The notes under the pieces are model-generated. The model saw only the letters and a program-made list of their open reading frames with translations, did no database searches and had not been told where the DNA came from. Positions 35,151 to 46,758 of a stretch of DNA of 46,758 bases are shown one piece after another (position 1 is the first letter of the stretch; each line of letters opens with the position of its first letter). The stretch is from the NCBI RefSeq assembly GCF_006345805.1, contig NW_021834676.1, positions 1 through 46,758 of the forward strand. The letters run 5' to 3'. The stretch is from Octopus sinensis (Eukaryota). Both the position numbers and the translations under genes were made by a program.

Positions 35151-36734
35151 TGTGTGTGCGTATACACTTGCAATTCTGCTTTTGGGGGGGGGAGGGGGGA
35201 TCAGTGGATATCGAAGCTGGTAAAACTCTTAAGCTATAAATAATTGCGTGTAAATATTGGTTAAAAACCCTTTCGATAGAAAAGTCGAATATTTCGGTCG
35301 ACTCAGAGCTATTGAAGAAAAAAAAAACTTGCCCAAGATACTGTGCAGTGGAATCGATCCAAGAATGACTTGGTCGCAATATGAACCTCTTAGTCACGTA
35401 GGTATTCCTGCATGTACCATTGCTTTGTGTTTCTTAGTTAAACTGTAAAACACTTTTGAGATCGGGTTATTTATGTTTGTGGTAATTTTGCTATTCTAAA
35501 AATATCATAAAAGCGAGTGTATCAAAGGAATATATCCTGGTTGCTTTACATCATGTTAGGGTGGGCAGAGACGAAGCTTTACGCGGAAAATAAATAAGAA
35601 ACTTTTTGATAACGTAAGTGATGACTGCAAAGGAAGTTAATTTCCCTTGAAATCGTGAAGACAAACTATATTTTCTTGTAATTCCCTTTATTTAACAAAT
35701 AAAATAGTCACGATCATAAAATTTTTAAATTATCTTACCAATCTCAACCGAATTATCACCCCGAATTCCCGAGGCATTAAACTTTTATCACTCAAAGTTT
35801 CCCATACAAGACATTTTTTCTCTCTCAGCCAAGTCACCCGTGAATTGGCGAATCATAAATCTTAACACGTTGTTTGTAACAAACAACGCCGAGCGAAATG
35901 TGCTACATGTCGTTATGCCACGTGCACATACGTAAATGTTTGTGATTTTCTTTTTTTACTCCGTCATCTCGAGAATGTGTCATTTAATAAAATAGCACGT
36001 CTCATACGTAATCAGGCGGCATGCTAGAAAGCGCAGCCAAAATATCTCAAACAACATCTTAGTGTCTGAATAAATAGCAGGGTGCATTGGATAATGGAGT
36101 TTGGGATACACTACGTGTGAAAAAGTAGGGGAAGTTAACGGTTTGAAGTCCATTCCTTAGAGCTCTACTGAATCTTTCTTTCTCCATGGATAAAGTTACA
36201 TTTATTCGGTAACTGGACCAGTAATTACTAATTTGTATCAACGAACCAGCGAAGGAGTCTCTACATGGTCGATCGGTTTTCTGAAAATAGCAACTTAATT
36301 TCCCTCAAATCACATTATATCCTCTTCTACATGATATGTGTGATAAAGATATGCATTGTATGGGGATTGTCACAACTGATTGTCTTTGATCATAGGAGGT
36401 AGACAACAGGGTCTAATCAAAACTACGCAACAGCTATAATGGTAATGTTCCTTAGAATCAGAAATGGTGTTAGGAATGAATGTGCGAACAACAGAGACAT
36501 TTCTCTACTCGTTATACTTTGGAAAAGTGTATTGCCGAAAGGAACGAATGGGAAAAGGCTCAAAGTGAGCTGAGAATAGAAAGAAGCGCCATACATATGG
36601 TTGTACTTTGTCTCCGACAGACCCATGTGAGCTGTGTGTGGAACAAAAAAAGCTATTGTATAGTCTTTGTTAATTTCTCGTATTTCACCCAATGTATTTA
36701 GTTGGGCCTGAGACAGGTTGTCAATAGGTTTAGG

Positions 36735-37108
36735 TGTCTGTTACGGTTCATTCGTAGAGCAGATTCCCCTTACACACTGGCAGATGTCTCGGTTCATGTC
36801 GAGGAATTGCACTTCTAAATTCTTTGATGTTACAGAAGGTGTCAAATAGAGCTGTCTGCCAGTGCTAACCTTATTCCCCCTGCATGTCTGCGATGCTCGG
36901 GGACGTACTTCCCGGCTCAACTGAAGCTCACGGGTCCGTAGGTGGTCGGCCTGCGCCGATGGAACCGTGACTGGCTCGCTATCTCCAGTGAACTGGCGCA
37001 GGACCGTCGTGCGTGGGCTGCCATGGTTCGAAATACCTCGAGGGTGGTAGAAGAAGCCGACTCAACTCGCCCAGGGTGAATGTCGCCACATGTACAAGTA
37101 AGTAAGTA
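36735..37108 (+). mobile_element. RTE-clade LINE 3' end
   Basis: ELAQDRRAWAAMV motif; ends in a CAAGTAAGTAAGTA short-repeat tail. Confidence 0.75.
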
Positions 37109-38001
37109 CTCAACTGAAGCTGTGTTACATAAGACAAAACTTGATGCTCATCTGTTTAAGGGTTGCAACCAAAATAAAAATAAAAGCCAGCCCACACTTA
37201 CGACAATGAGAGATTGTGGTTTTCTGATGGTTGTGTCCTTGTCTCAGAGACAGAGGACGTACCGAGCTTGGTAAATGCCTTTTTATGAAACATCCGCAAA
37301 GTTTGACTTGAAACTTAACATCTAGAAAAACTACAATGCTTTAGCAGGCAAGTGTTAAATCTGTCCCAATGAGACAACCTGTGCCCACTTTTATCGAAAG
37401 GGATAAGGTGTAAAGGGAAACCTCTTTACCAATCTGGGTTGTACAATCAGTAATAATGGTAAGTTTGGCAACGGACTAAGCTAAAAGATGAGCAATGCCA
37501 TCCGCGCGGCTGGGAGGTTGAGAGCTACAGTACAACAGCAAGAGGTTTATGGTTCCATTCAAGTGCTCTGCATGCAGAAATAATAATGTTATCAACTATA
37601 TTGAATGGATCAGGGATATAGGCCTTATACCGCAAACAGGTAAATAAAAACTGCAGTGATGGTGAGACATCACAGAGACAGATTCAAGGGCACCATCATT
37701 CTAGAAACGACCAAGCTCCCTACCATGGAAGAGTTGCTGGGACAGAGAGACTTCCGTTGTCTTGGGAATGTCTAAAGTTTGGAGAAAACTCTGTTGTCAG
37801 TATTTTTTATTTCCTGTTGTCTGGTGGCAAAGATGTGTTTTAACTAATGTGAGGAGAGCGGATATTGAATATTGGTAATCGAAGGTGGGTCGCAGTGGCT
37901 GAGAGTAGATACGAGTGGAAGGGGATTAATTCTCTTCTGATATTCGCGACTTGCAGCATTCCATACGGACGGTCATCGTCGATAAATGACCAATCACTAA
38001 C

Positions 38002-38052
<51 letters not shown>

Positions 38053-38384
38053 AATGATAAATATACACATACATACACACACATACCCATATATAACCAG
38101 ATTTCTTATCAAACGACCCTCCGGGAATGTGCATACATTAGTACAGTAACACACAACATTAAACCCTAAAGCACATTAACCACTGAATACACACACACAC
38201 ATAACAAGCGCGCGCGCATGCACACACGCACACACACACAATCACTCGCATACATACTCACTCACATACGTACCCACAAACTCACACACTCACATACTCC
38301 CAAATACGTTTATACAGAGCACGCAGACCATACATACACATGGAAACTAATAAAAGTGTGTATAGACAGAGGAACACAGCCATA

Positions 38385-38618
38385 TATTTCTGTACTACCC
38401 ACAAGGGGCTAAACATAGAGGGAGACAAATAAGGACAGACAAACGGATTAAGTCGATTATTTCGACCCCAGTGCGTAACTGGTACTTAATTTATCGACCT
38501 CGAAAGGATGAAAGGCAAAGTCGACCTCGGCGGAATTTGAACCCAGAACGTAACGGCAGACGAAATACGGCTACGCATTTCGCCCGGCGTGCAAACGTTT
38601 CTGGCAGCTCGCCGCCTT
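38385..38618 (-). mobile_element. Full-length SINE of the 17071 family
   Basis: High similarity to 17071-17302 and 20349-20581; no clean TSD. Confidence 0.9.
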
Positions 38619-38712
38619 AAAGAGGGAAATACCCATAGCCTCGCAGAAGGACAGAGAGTGATGGTGAAATGCATGCTGGGAAATTTTGGTCAGCTGAGCA
38701 CCATTTGTCTGG

Positions 38713-38958
38713 CATTAGTGTAACACGCGGGTTTGTCGTGTCATCTCAATGATCTTTAAAGATGATAGAAGCTGACAGAAATGTATTAGACGTATTGGTC
38801 TAATACATGTATTGGTGTCAACGTGAAGAATGAGATTCTTATCTTCAGAATTATCTTAATGAATATCTCCAGAGAGAGCGTCTAATACATTTCTGTCAGC
38901 TTCTATCATCTTTAAAGATCATTGAGAAGACACGACAAACCCGCGTGTTACACCAATG
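38713..38958. repeat. Inverted repeat, 80-bp arms (MITE or foldback-like)
   Basis: 38713-38792 versus 38879-38958 are reverse complements with 2 mismatches; 86-bp spacer. Confidence 0.9.
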
Positions 38959-39570
38959 TAAATACGTGTTCAATCTGTAAAGACTGTATTCGCCCAGTCG
39001 TAGATTTTGTGCTGTGGTGGTTGTTTGGGCGCGAGTTTTTATCGAACCAATCTATGAGCGAAAGACTTTCAACAATGTCAAAGCCATCTTTTTCTGTCTT
39101 TTTCAAGCAGATTAGGTCCATTTTTAGATAGAAATTCACCGAGGAGAGCGTTGTTCAATGTCACCATCTTTTATAAAACAAGATTAGGTAGAGAGTAATT
39201 TCAAAGCGTTTTGGCTGCTATTTCTAGTATTTCAAATCAGCACGTAGACGTTCCTTTGTGGCTACTGTTAATCACGTAGACAATTTATTTCGGGTCAATC
39301 AGTTGAGTCCATTCTTAAGGGTTGTCCATTCTCTCAAGTGGGGTCTACTCTCCAAGGATGTCCATCGTGTCTTCTCGAGTCCATCCCTTCCCAACTTGGG
39401 TTTCATAGAGGACAGTGAATGGGTTTAATTTATTGAGCAAGTGTGGTTGGCAGGGCGGTGTTAAACTTGCAGCAGATTTCATTGAATTGAGGTTGTTTTT
39501 AGGGCGTCTTTCGTTGTAATGTCATCAGAACAGGACCGAAGTGAATAGGAGAAATATAATTTGGTCTATT

Positions 39571-39799
39571 ATTTACATTATTTACATTTGACGGATATTT
39601 GTCCTCATCTTGTTCATTGTTAACACAACGTTTCGGCTGATATACCCTCCAGCCTTCATCAGATTCGAAATTTCCCCCAAGACACCTGATGAAGGCTGGA
39701 GGGTATATCAGCCGAAACGTTGAGTCAACAACGAACATGTTGAGGACAAATATCCGTCATAAAGTACATAATTCTTCATCTCTTAAATATATAGAACTG
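39571..39799. mobile_element. Penelope-like inverted insertion with 16-bp TSD
   Basis: Arms 39589-39662 and 39686-39759 inverted; unique 40-bp tail; TSD TATAATTTGGTCTATT at 39555-39570 and 39800-39815; hammerhead motif in the arms. Confidence 0.85.
39681..39726 (+). ncRNA. Minimal (dimer-type) hammerhead ribozyme motif
   Basis: GACAC-CUGAUGA-A-GGCUG(loop)CAGCC-GAAAC-GUU-GAGUC; palindromic AACGUU in place of a closed stem III; antisense copy at 39622-39662 lacks the 5' arm of stem I. Confidence 0.6.
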
Positions 39800-40158
39800 T
39801 ATAATTTGGTCTATTTTGTTTGAAAGAAAGAAACAAACAAACAGAGGGAGAAAGAGAGAGAGAGAAAAGGGGAGGAAGAAAGAGGGTGGAAGGGGGGATA
39901 GAAAGAGAGAGAGAGGGAGATGTAAAAGTGAAACCACGTGGCAAAATGATAATGAAATTAGGGGACATCAGTTTGTCACGTGGCAAATTGTAGAGGATTC
40001 TCTGCTGGACACCAAACAGGGGCACAATGTTTTGATTCTAAGAATATCTCGGGCAGAATAGAAGGTTTCATTCATCAGTTTCTGGTGGTTGTGGTGGGGG
40101 AGGGCACATTTAATTAATCACGCGGCTCTACATTCATTCACCGACGCAGAGGAGAGAA

Positions 40159-40160
<2 letters not shown>

Positions 40161-40205
<45 letters not shown>

Positions 40206-40472
40206 ACATACACACACACGCACACGTGGTGGTGGTGGTAGTAATGTTGGTAGTGGTGGTGGTTGTGTGGTGGTGGTGGTGTGGTGGTGGTGGTGGTGGT
40301 GGTGGTGGTGGTGGTGGTGGTTGTGTGGTGGTGGTGGTGTGGTGGTGAGGTGGTGGTGGTGGTGGTGGTGGTGAGGTGGTGTGGTGGTGGAGGTGAGGTG
40401 GTGTGGTGGTGGTGCTTGTGGTGAGGTGGTTGTGGTGGTGTGGTGTGGTGGTGGTGGTGGTGGTGGTGAGGT
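40161..40472. repeat. (CA)n followed by degenerate (GTG)n repeat
   Basis: Direct inspection. Confidence 0.9.
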
Positions 40473-41624
40473 AGCGCTAGAGTAAAGATGGTAGAAATGG
40501 TGGGAAGTAAATATCTTCTGCTTTGGAAGAAACCACTGGCCAAAAACTAAACGGAACGATTTTGTTTCTCAGGAAAAGAAAATGGTAAAAAAAAAAAAAT
40601 TGTTGTAATTTGATAATAAATAAAGTTAACAATGCATGGATAAGGGAACAAGTCAGCAGACTTCCTTTGATATGGTGCCAACTTTTGAAATGGGCCAACA
40701 TTTTCTGCAGTTGAAATGAAGGAAAATGAGAAACAATTATTTTCTCCGACGTTAAATTCTAATTTGAATATTGTTACATAACAGTAATGATGAGTAATTA
40801 GTGAAGCATTAAATTTGGAAAGTTTACGGAAAGGGAGAAACGCAAAAAGTTTCCTGTTCCTCCCTTTCACCAAAAAACCATTAATGGTGGAAATGAAGCA
40901 CAATGGTTCCAAACGGGAATTGAAGTCGATTTGGGAACTTGGCTCATTTTGATATACGCTGTTGTCGTCGTCGTCGGTGGTGGTGGTGGTTGTGGTGGTA
41001 GTAGTTTATGTTTTGTTTTCTTGTGGGAAGAGAAGAGCAACCCCACCCCCCAGACTTTTATCTTTCTTACAAAAAACGGTGAAATCACAGAAAACTGCTT
41101 ATCACTTTGTCGGTGAAAGTTTACTGTAAAGAACACGTGGACTTCTATTTTCGGTAACTTGTCACGTTTCCTAGAAATACGACATACATTAGCACCTGGC
41201 CACAGGTGTGCAGAAAGAGGGAGCGGAGGGTGTAGCAGATGGAATCGACCATTTTATGTCGTTTCGATTTAGTTTGTTGGCTGCGGTGAAAATTAAACCC
41301 AAAACACACATAAAAACTTAGTTGTTGTCATGGAAAAATAGTTGTACTTTATATATATATGTGTGTGTGTGTATATTATATATTACTTATTACTTATTAT
41401 ATTATATTTATCATTCTTTATATACTTTTTGAAAAAAAAGATATATATATATATTATATTAATTATACATATATTATTTGTTATTTATGTATTGGTTTAT
41501 GTCTATCACTGTTTGAGTTGCATAATAGTGGTTTTATCTCTAATTCATATTTTATATATATATATATATACTTTATTTAAAAGCAGCAGAAATATATACA
41601 TGTATACATACAAACGTACATGCA

Positions 41625-41790
41625 TATACATACATACATACATACAAACATACATACAAACATACATACATACATTCATACATACATACATACACACACA
41701 CACACATACATACATACATACATACATACATACATACATACATACATACATACATACATACATACATACATACATACATACATACATACA
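41625..41790. repeat. (TACA)n microsatellite
   Basis: Direct inspection. Confidence 0.95.
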
Positions 41791-41794
41791 TGGT

Positions 41795-42390
41795 GGTTGT
41801 CTACTCCTTATGCAGTGTTTGACCCCCTCCTGTACCTACACCTTAGCTCCATCATGGCATCTGATGTAGCTTTTTAAACCAAACAAATGTTCTGAAAAGA
41901 CACCCACATAGATTGCACTTCCGATTTGGACCACCAAGAGCTGCAGGTAAATTCTGATCTTTGTGGATCTTATAAATGTCTTTTGAGGCCTCCGTTGGAT
42001 TTGCAAACCTTCTGGCATACACTGGATTCAAATGTGTGCACAGACATAGAAGCAGAATAGTTGGTGGAGGTTCGTTTTCCATGCGATGAGATTTGAGCCC
42101 AGCAAAAGCCAGGCATGATCTGTCACAGACAGTTCACACAAAAAGGTCATTGTTGTTCACCTTCTTGATTGTAACATTCTTCTTTAGATCTCTTTTGATT
42201 CTTGCATGCGTTATCCTGGCCTCTTCAAATACTTTCACTCCACTCCACACCTTTGTTCGCCATCCAATTCAATCTCAAGCAAGGGTTTCTATATCTTCTG
42301 GAACCATTCCAAGTGACTTCATGGTAGTCCTTATGCTGTCTTTAAACCTTTTTTAGGTTTATGCCGATAGCGTTTCCCTTGGCGAACCGC
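41795..42390 (-). mobile_element. Degenerate RTE-like LINE 3' end with C-terminal zinc-finger remnants
   Basis: Minus strand GKRYR..KPKKRFKDSIRTTMK and RKCNLCGCLFRTFVWFKKLH. Confidence 0.6.
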
Positions 42391-43141
42391 TAGATTATTT
42401 TATCGATCACGTTTGGCAAACCGCTAAGTTATTTTAAGATTGGACACCTTTTGCCCCATTTCAATCTAATTTTCAACATGGTAAAGTGAAAGCGGATTAG
42501 TATTTTAAGCGTAGAAATCTAATTTTTTATATATGGGGGAGAGATAGATAGAGAAAGGTAGAGATCAATTGAAAGCGAGGGTGAGTCCGACAGAAAGGAA
42601 GAGTAAGAGAGTGGGAAAGTGAGAGAGAAAGAAGAGAGAAACAAAGAGAGAGAATGTGGCGATAAGAAACAGAAAGGAAATATCAGAAAGTAACAACCAC
42701 ACCCTCACCCGCGCGTAGAATGGGTCACCTTAAGGTAGTCTCTATTTATCTTAAGGTAGACCCTTAAGCTGTATGTATACATATATCTATGTATATATCT
42801 CTGACGAAACCTAGAGATATATACAAGTTCATCTACCTATTACCTCAATCCACTTGAGTAATAAAGGTAGAATGAGATAGTTTTATCTATTGGCTGAAAC
42901 AGCTGTAAGTTATTTTACCAATTTATATTTATGTTTTTTGTAATAATTACTGGTATCCTTATATATTGCTATATTTTATATCTTGTATCTTAAATGTAAA
43001 GAATAATGTGCTATATGTATGTTAATATAATTATCAGTTTAATAAATAAATAAGTTAACATTTAAAGTCCTAAGTTAATGAACCACCTATTGTACTCCTC
43101 CATTTTCTTATTTGCTTATATATATATATATATATATATTA

Positions 43142-43185
<44 letters not shown>

Positions 43186-43187
<2 letters not shown>

Positions 43188-44712
43188 TAGTTAGTTAGTG
43201 TTAATTTGGCTCAAAAGCAAATAGCAAGGCCATGTAGGGGGACATGGAGTTAAGTACAGGGTGGTGTTCATGTAAAGAGTTTCAGGCCACTTGAGGTCCA
43301 GGGAGGCTTTGAACAAAGCGGTCGTCGGCATCTTCACCATCTCGTCTGGCCAGCTTGTTCCACGGATCCGCAACCGGGACGGAGAAAGCTCCTCTCCTTC
43401 GATTGAGATGAATTGTCGCAGGTAGAGCTTTTCGGAATGACCCCGCAGCCGACGCTCCGGAGCAGGAGTGAAGAACAGCTCTTTCGAGAGGTTACACTTC
43501 CGCTTATGATGTTGTGGGCGAGAATGAGATCACCAGGCGGCGGCGTTTTTCAAGAGAATAAAGGTCGAGCGTCCTCAGCCTTTCTTCGTAGGACAAATTT
43601 TTGAGACCATGAACATTTGCGGTAGCAGCCTCTGGACTCTTTCGAGGTGCTGTATGTCTTTGAGGAGATAAGGAGAAGAGGCTTGAATCCCATACTCCAA
43701 TATGGGTCTCACCAGCGTGACATAGAGTGGCAGGAATATGGCTGCTGTGAGCATTCCGAATGACCGTCGAATCAAAAACAGATCTCGCGCTTTGTTGGCA
43801 GCATGGACGCACTGGGCCGAAGGCGAAAAGGAGGAATCCACCAATATACCCAGGTCCTTTACCTGATCGGTCCTCTCCAGCAGCAGACGACCCGGCTCGA
43901 AATCAAGTTGAGTTGCAGGAGTAGAGCCGACAGGCAGATGACAGCACTTTGACACGTTCAGACACAGGTCCCAATCGTTACCACTTCCAAATTTGGTGGA
44001 GGCATCGACGAAGATCCTCTATACTACCGCGAGGAGCGACCAGTTTGATATCGTCGGCAAATAGAAGGGTGTGTTTGCGTGAGGTCTGTCGGGCAAGTCA
44101 TTTATGAAGACTAATAACACAAGGGCCCAAGCACTGAACCTTGAGGCACGCCACTGCTCGCACTGGAGACGTCGGACGCGAACCATTAACTTGAACTTGG
44201 AAGGAGCGATCTAAGAGGAAGGCACCAACCCATCGTACAATATCCGGATGGAAACTATATGCTTGAAGCTTGACAAGTAGTAGGCGGTGGTTTTACCGAG
44301 TCAAAAGCTTTGGCAAAGTCCAATAAAACGATGTCAACAGCATCACTATCATCGAGGATGCGCGTCACCAATTCTTCCATACTAGTAAGTTGGTCAAGCA
44401 TGATCTCTTCGGCACGAAGCCGTGTTGGAATCAGTGATCGAGGCTGTGTTTAGGAGTGGAGCATCATACTTTTCTTAAAGAGGTTTCGAACATCTTGCTG
44501 ATTATTGATGTAAGGGAAACCGGTCGGTAGTTAAGCGGGTCTTCGCGGCTCCCTTTCTTGAAAATTGGGCAGATTATCGCTGTTCTCCTGTCTGCAGGTA
44601 TAACACCCGTCGCCAATGACATATTGAATAGTCGTGTTAAGGGCTCGCAGATGACCCGAGCCAACGCTTTGATAACCCGTGGGTGTAATGCCGTCAGGGC
44701 CGTGACCCTTGT
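43186..44712 (-). mobile_element. CR1-group LINE 3' half (RT, defective) with (TAAC)n tail
   Basis: PLNYRPVSLTSIISKMFE, LLDFAKAFDSV, SGVPQGSVLGP, LFADDIKL, KDLGILVDSSFSPS, LYSLEKRR; tail GTTAGTTAGTTAG at 43186. Confidence 0.9.
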
Positions 44713-44800
44713 TGTATGTATGTATGTATGTATGTATGTATTTATAAAAAGTTGTATGTATGTATGTATGTATGTATGTATGTATGTATTTATAAAAAGT

Positions 44801-45062
44801 GTAGGTGGCATACGAGTGGGTATATGTTTATTAAAAAGAAGTCTGAAAACGCCACCATATAAGATAAATTTGAATTTTCTGAGAGATTTTATGTTTCGGT
44901 TCTTCTTGAAAAAACGAACCTTATCAAAAATATTTTTAAAAGTTAAGTGTTATAAAAAAGTTCATAATTGTTTCTTACTAGTCTCATCAGAGTCCACGTG
45001 GTGTTTTTTTTTGGGGGGGTGGCGGTGCATAATAGCTGTCTTGTGTGTTGACTAGATTCGTA
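44801..45062 (-). mobile_element. Second copy of the dispersed repeat at 31572-31828
   Basis: Colinear sequence match. Confidence 0.8.
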
Positions 45063-45458
45063 TATATATATACGTGGATTGGCTGTCTTGTGCTTTGACT
45101 AGAATTGTTGGCTGTAATGTATATATATATGTGTGTGTGTGTGTGTATGTAAGTATGTATATATATATATACAACTAAGAGCACATGTGTTTGAAAAGGT
45201 TTGAAAAGGTTAATCGAAAGTGCTCACACACTAAGAAAAAACTTTTTCCAAAAAAGTTTAGTAACATCCTGATAAAAGACTATAAATATTTTTTTAAAAG
45301 ATTTTTTAAAAATCCCCTTTATACTTAAAAACTGGTAATTGGGTCAGGGCACGTGACTTCCAGACTTTTTCAGGAATAGGAAACCACCTACATATATACA
45401 TTCGCCTTGCTTGACCGCTAAATCTACAAGTTTGGTTGTTTGTTTGTTTGTTTTTCAA

Positions 45459-45508
<50 letters not shown>

Positions 45509-45649
45509 CTCTCTCTCTCTCTCTCTCTCCTCACTCTCTCTCTCTCTTTCTCTCTCTGTTTATTTTCTCTTATTCCATTCTGCCGAAGAACATAGGCTCG
45601 AAACGTAAAAAACTTTTCAATTTTTCCCGAGCGTTAAACAAATATCTTA

Positions 45650-45922
45650 TCTGGCCATCGACAGTTCCCAGATCTCAATATTATTGAACATTTATAGTGC
45701 ATTTTAGAAAAACAAGCAGTCGATGTCCTCTACCATCATCACTACAAGAACTGGAGACTGTTTTAGCTGAAGAATTGACAAAAATCCCTTTGGAAACAAT
45801 TCAAACTTTGTACGAGTCCATACCTCGTAGAATTCAAGCTGTATTTCAAGACGGTCCTACACCATATTAAGATAAATTTGTTTGAAATTTTAAGGTGTTT
45901 CCATTATTTTGTCCAACCCCTG
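45650..45922 (+). mobile_element. Tc1-family transposon 3' end
   Basis: WP..PDLNIIEHL, LYESIPRRIQAV, GPTPY*; terminus ...TTTTGTCCAACCCCTG|TA. Confidence 0.8.
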
Positions 45923-45951
45923 TATGTATATATATGTGTATGCGTGTGTGT

Positions 45952-46015
<64 letters not shown>

Positions 46016-46384
46016 TGTGGTGTGTGCATGTATGTATGTATATTGTATATTATATATAATCCTACACTTGGATCCATCCCTTGGTTGGATCTACAGTTTA
46101 TACTTGATCCCTGTATTTATAGATAAACAGACAGACAGAGTAGATAGATAGATGTGTGTGTGTACATTCATAGTTACAGTATACCACCTACAAACAACTA
46201 AGAGTTACTTCAACGTAATACATGCTCACAATCCAGCCAACCCTGGCGCCTTGTACGTTAATATACCTAGATTCTAATGGATCCTGCAACTGATTTATAA
46301 ATATGCATATATGTGTGTGTGTGTATTTATGCATGTAAGTATGTATGTGCGTATGTATGTATGTATGTATGTATGTATGTATGT

Positions 46385-46675
46385 AGGAGCACTCCGTCGG
46401 TTGCGACGACGAGGGTCCCAGCTGATACGATCAACGGAACAGCTTGCTCGTGCGATTAACGTGCAAGTGGCCAAGCAATCCACAGACATGTGTACCCTTA
46501 ACGTAGTTCTCAAGGAGATTCAGCGTGACATGGTTGGCCCTTTTGCCAGTTGGGTGGACTGGAGCAACGTGAAATAAAGTGTCTGGCTCAAGGACACAAC
46601 GCGTCACCGGGAATTGAACTCACGACCTTACAGCCGTGAGTCGAATGCCTTAACCACTAAGCTACGCTCCCTCAC
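46385..46675 (-). mobile_element. tRNA-derived SINE (CORE-like), near full length
   Basis: Minus-strand head TAGCTTAGTGGTTAAGG..GAGTTCAATTCC, then CCTTGAGCCAGACACTTTATTTC; homologous to 15720-15962. Confidence 0.8.
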
Positions 46676-46712
46676 TATGTGTGTGTGTGTGTGTGTGTGT
46701 GTGTACAAACAT

Positions 46713-46745
46713 ATGAGGGAGTGGTGAAAAGTTCCTGGCTTTAAG
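46713..46745. mobile_element. Possible mariner-type terminal inverted repeat at the window edge
   Basis: TA-TGAGGGAGTGGTGAAAAGTTCCTGGCTTT resembles mariner TIR starts; partner not in window. Confidence 0.35.
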
Positions 46746-46758
46746 AGTCCCGACCTTC

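Noticed and set aside
40118-40543. His/Thr/Pro-rich ORF as a second His-rich gene or upstream exon
   Set aside because: Translation of degenerate (CAC)n and (TG)n repeats with no supporting splice or codon structure

Overview
Repeat-dense eukaryotic genomic DNA. The SINE families, Penelope/RTE/CR1/R4-Dong/mariner relics and heavy (TA)n/(CA)n/(TACA)n load suggest a coleoid cephalopod, probably Octopus (inference). Only one host coding region is supported: a ~2.1 kb minus-strand terminal exon (12122-9982) encoding an unrecognised, Cys-free, His/Met-rich protein. It is built from eight near-identical 41-aa (123-bp) repeats plus four diverged units that keep the core (M/L/I)HG(V/L)(M/L)MH(G/N)D, and it is a candidate Cu/Zn-binding protein. 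Its upstream exon(s) cannot be resolved. The second major signal is RNA-level. Two inverted-arm insertions flanked by direct repeats (14156-14896 and 39571-39799) have Penelope-like architecture and carry hammerhead ribozyme motifs on both strands. The first has complete type I hammerheads about 2 kb upstream of the exon, and several decayed hammerhead motifs occur elsewhere. The rest is decayed TEs (including a non-autonomous Helitron with both ends), SINEs with exact TSDs, a 544-bp triplication and a higher-order compound microsatellite. Most listed ORFs are microsatellite artefacts. TE boundaries are read by eye and approximate unless a TSD or terminus is quoted.
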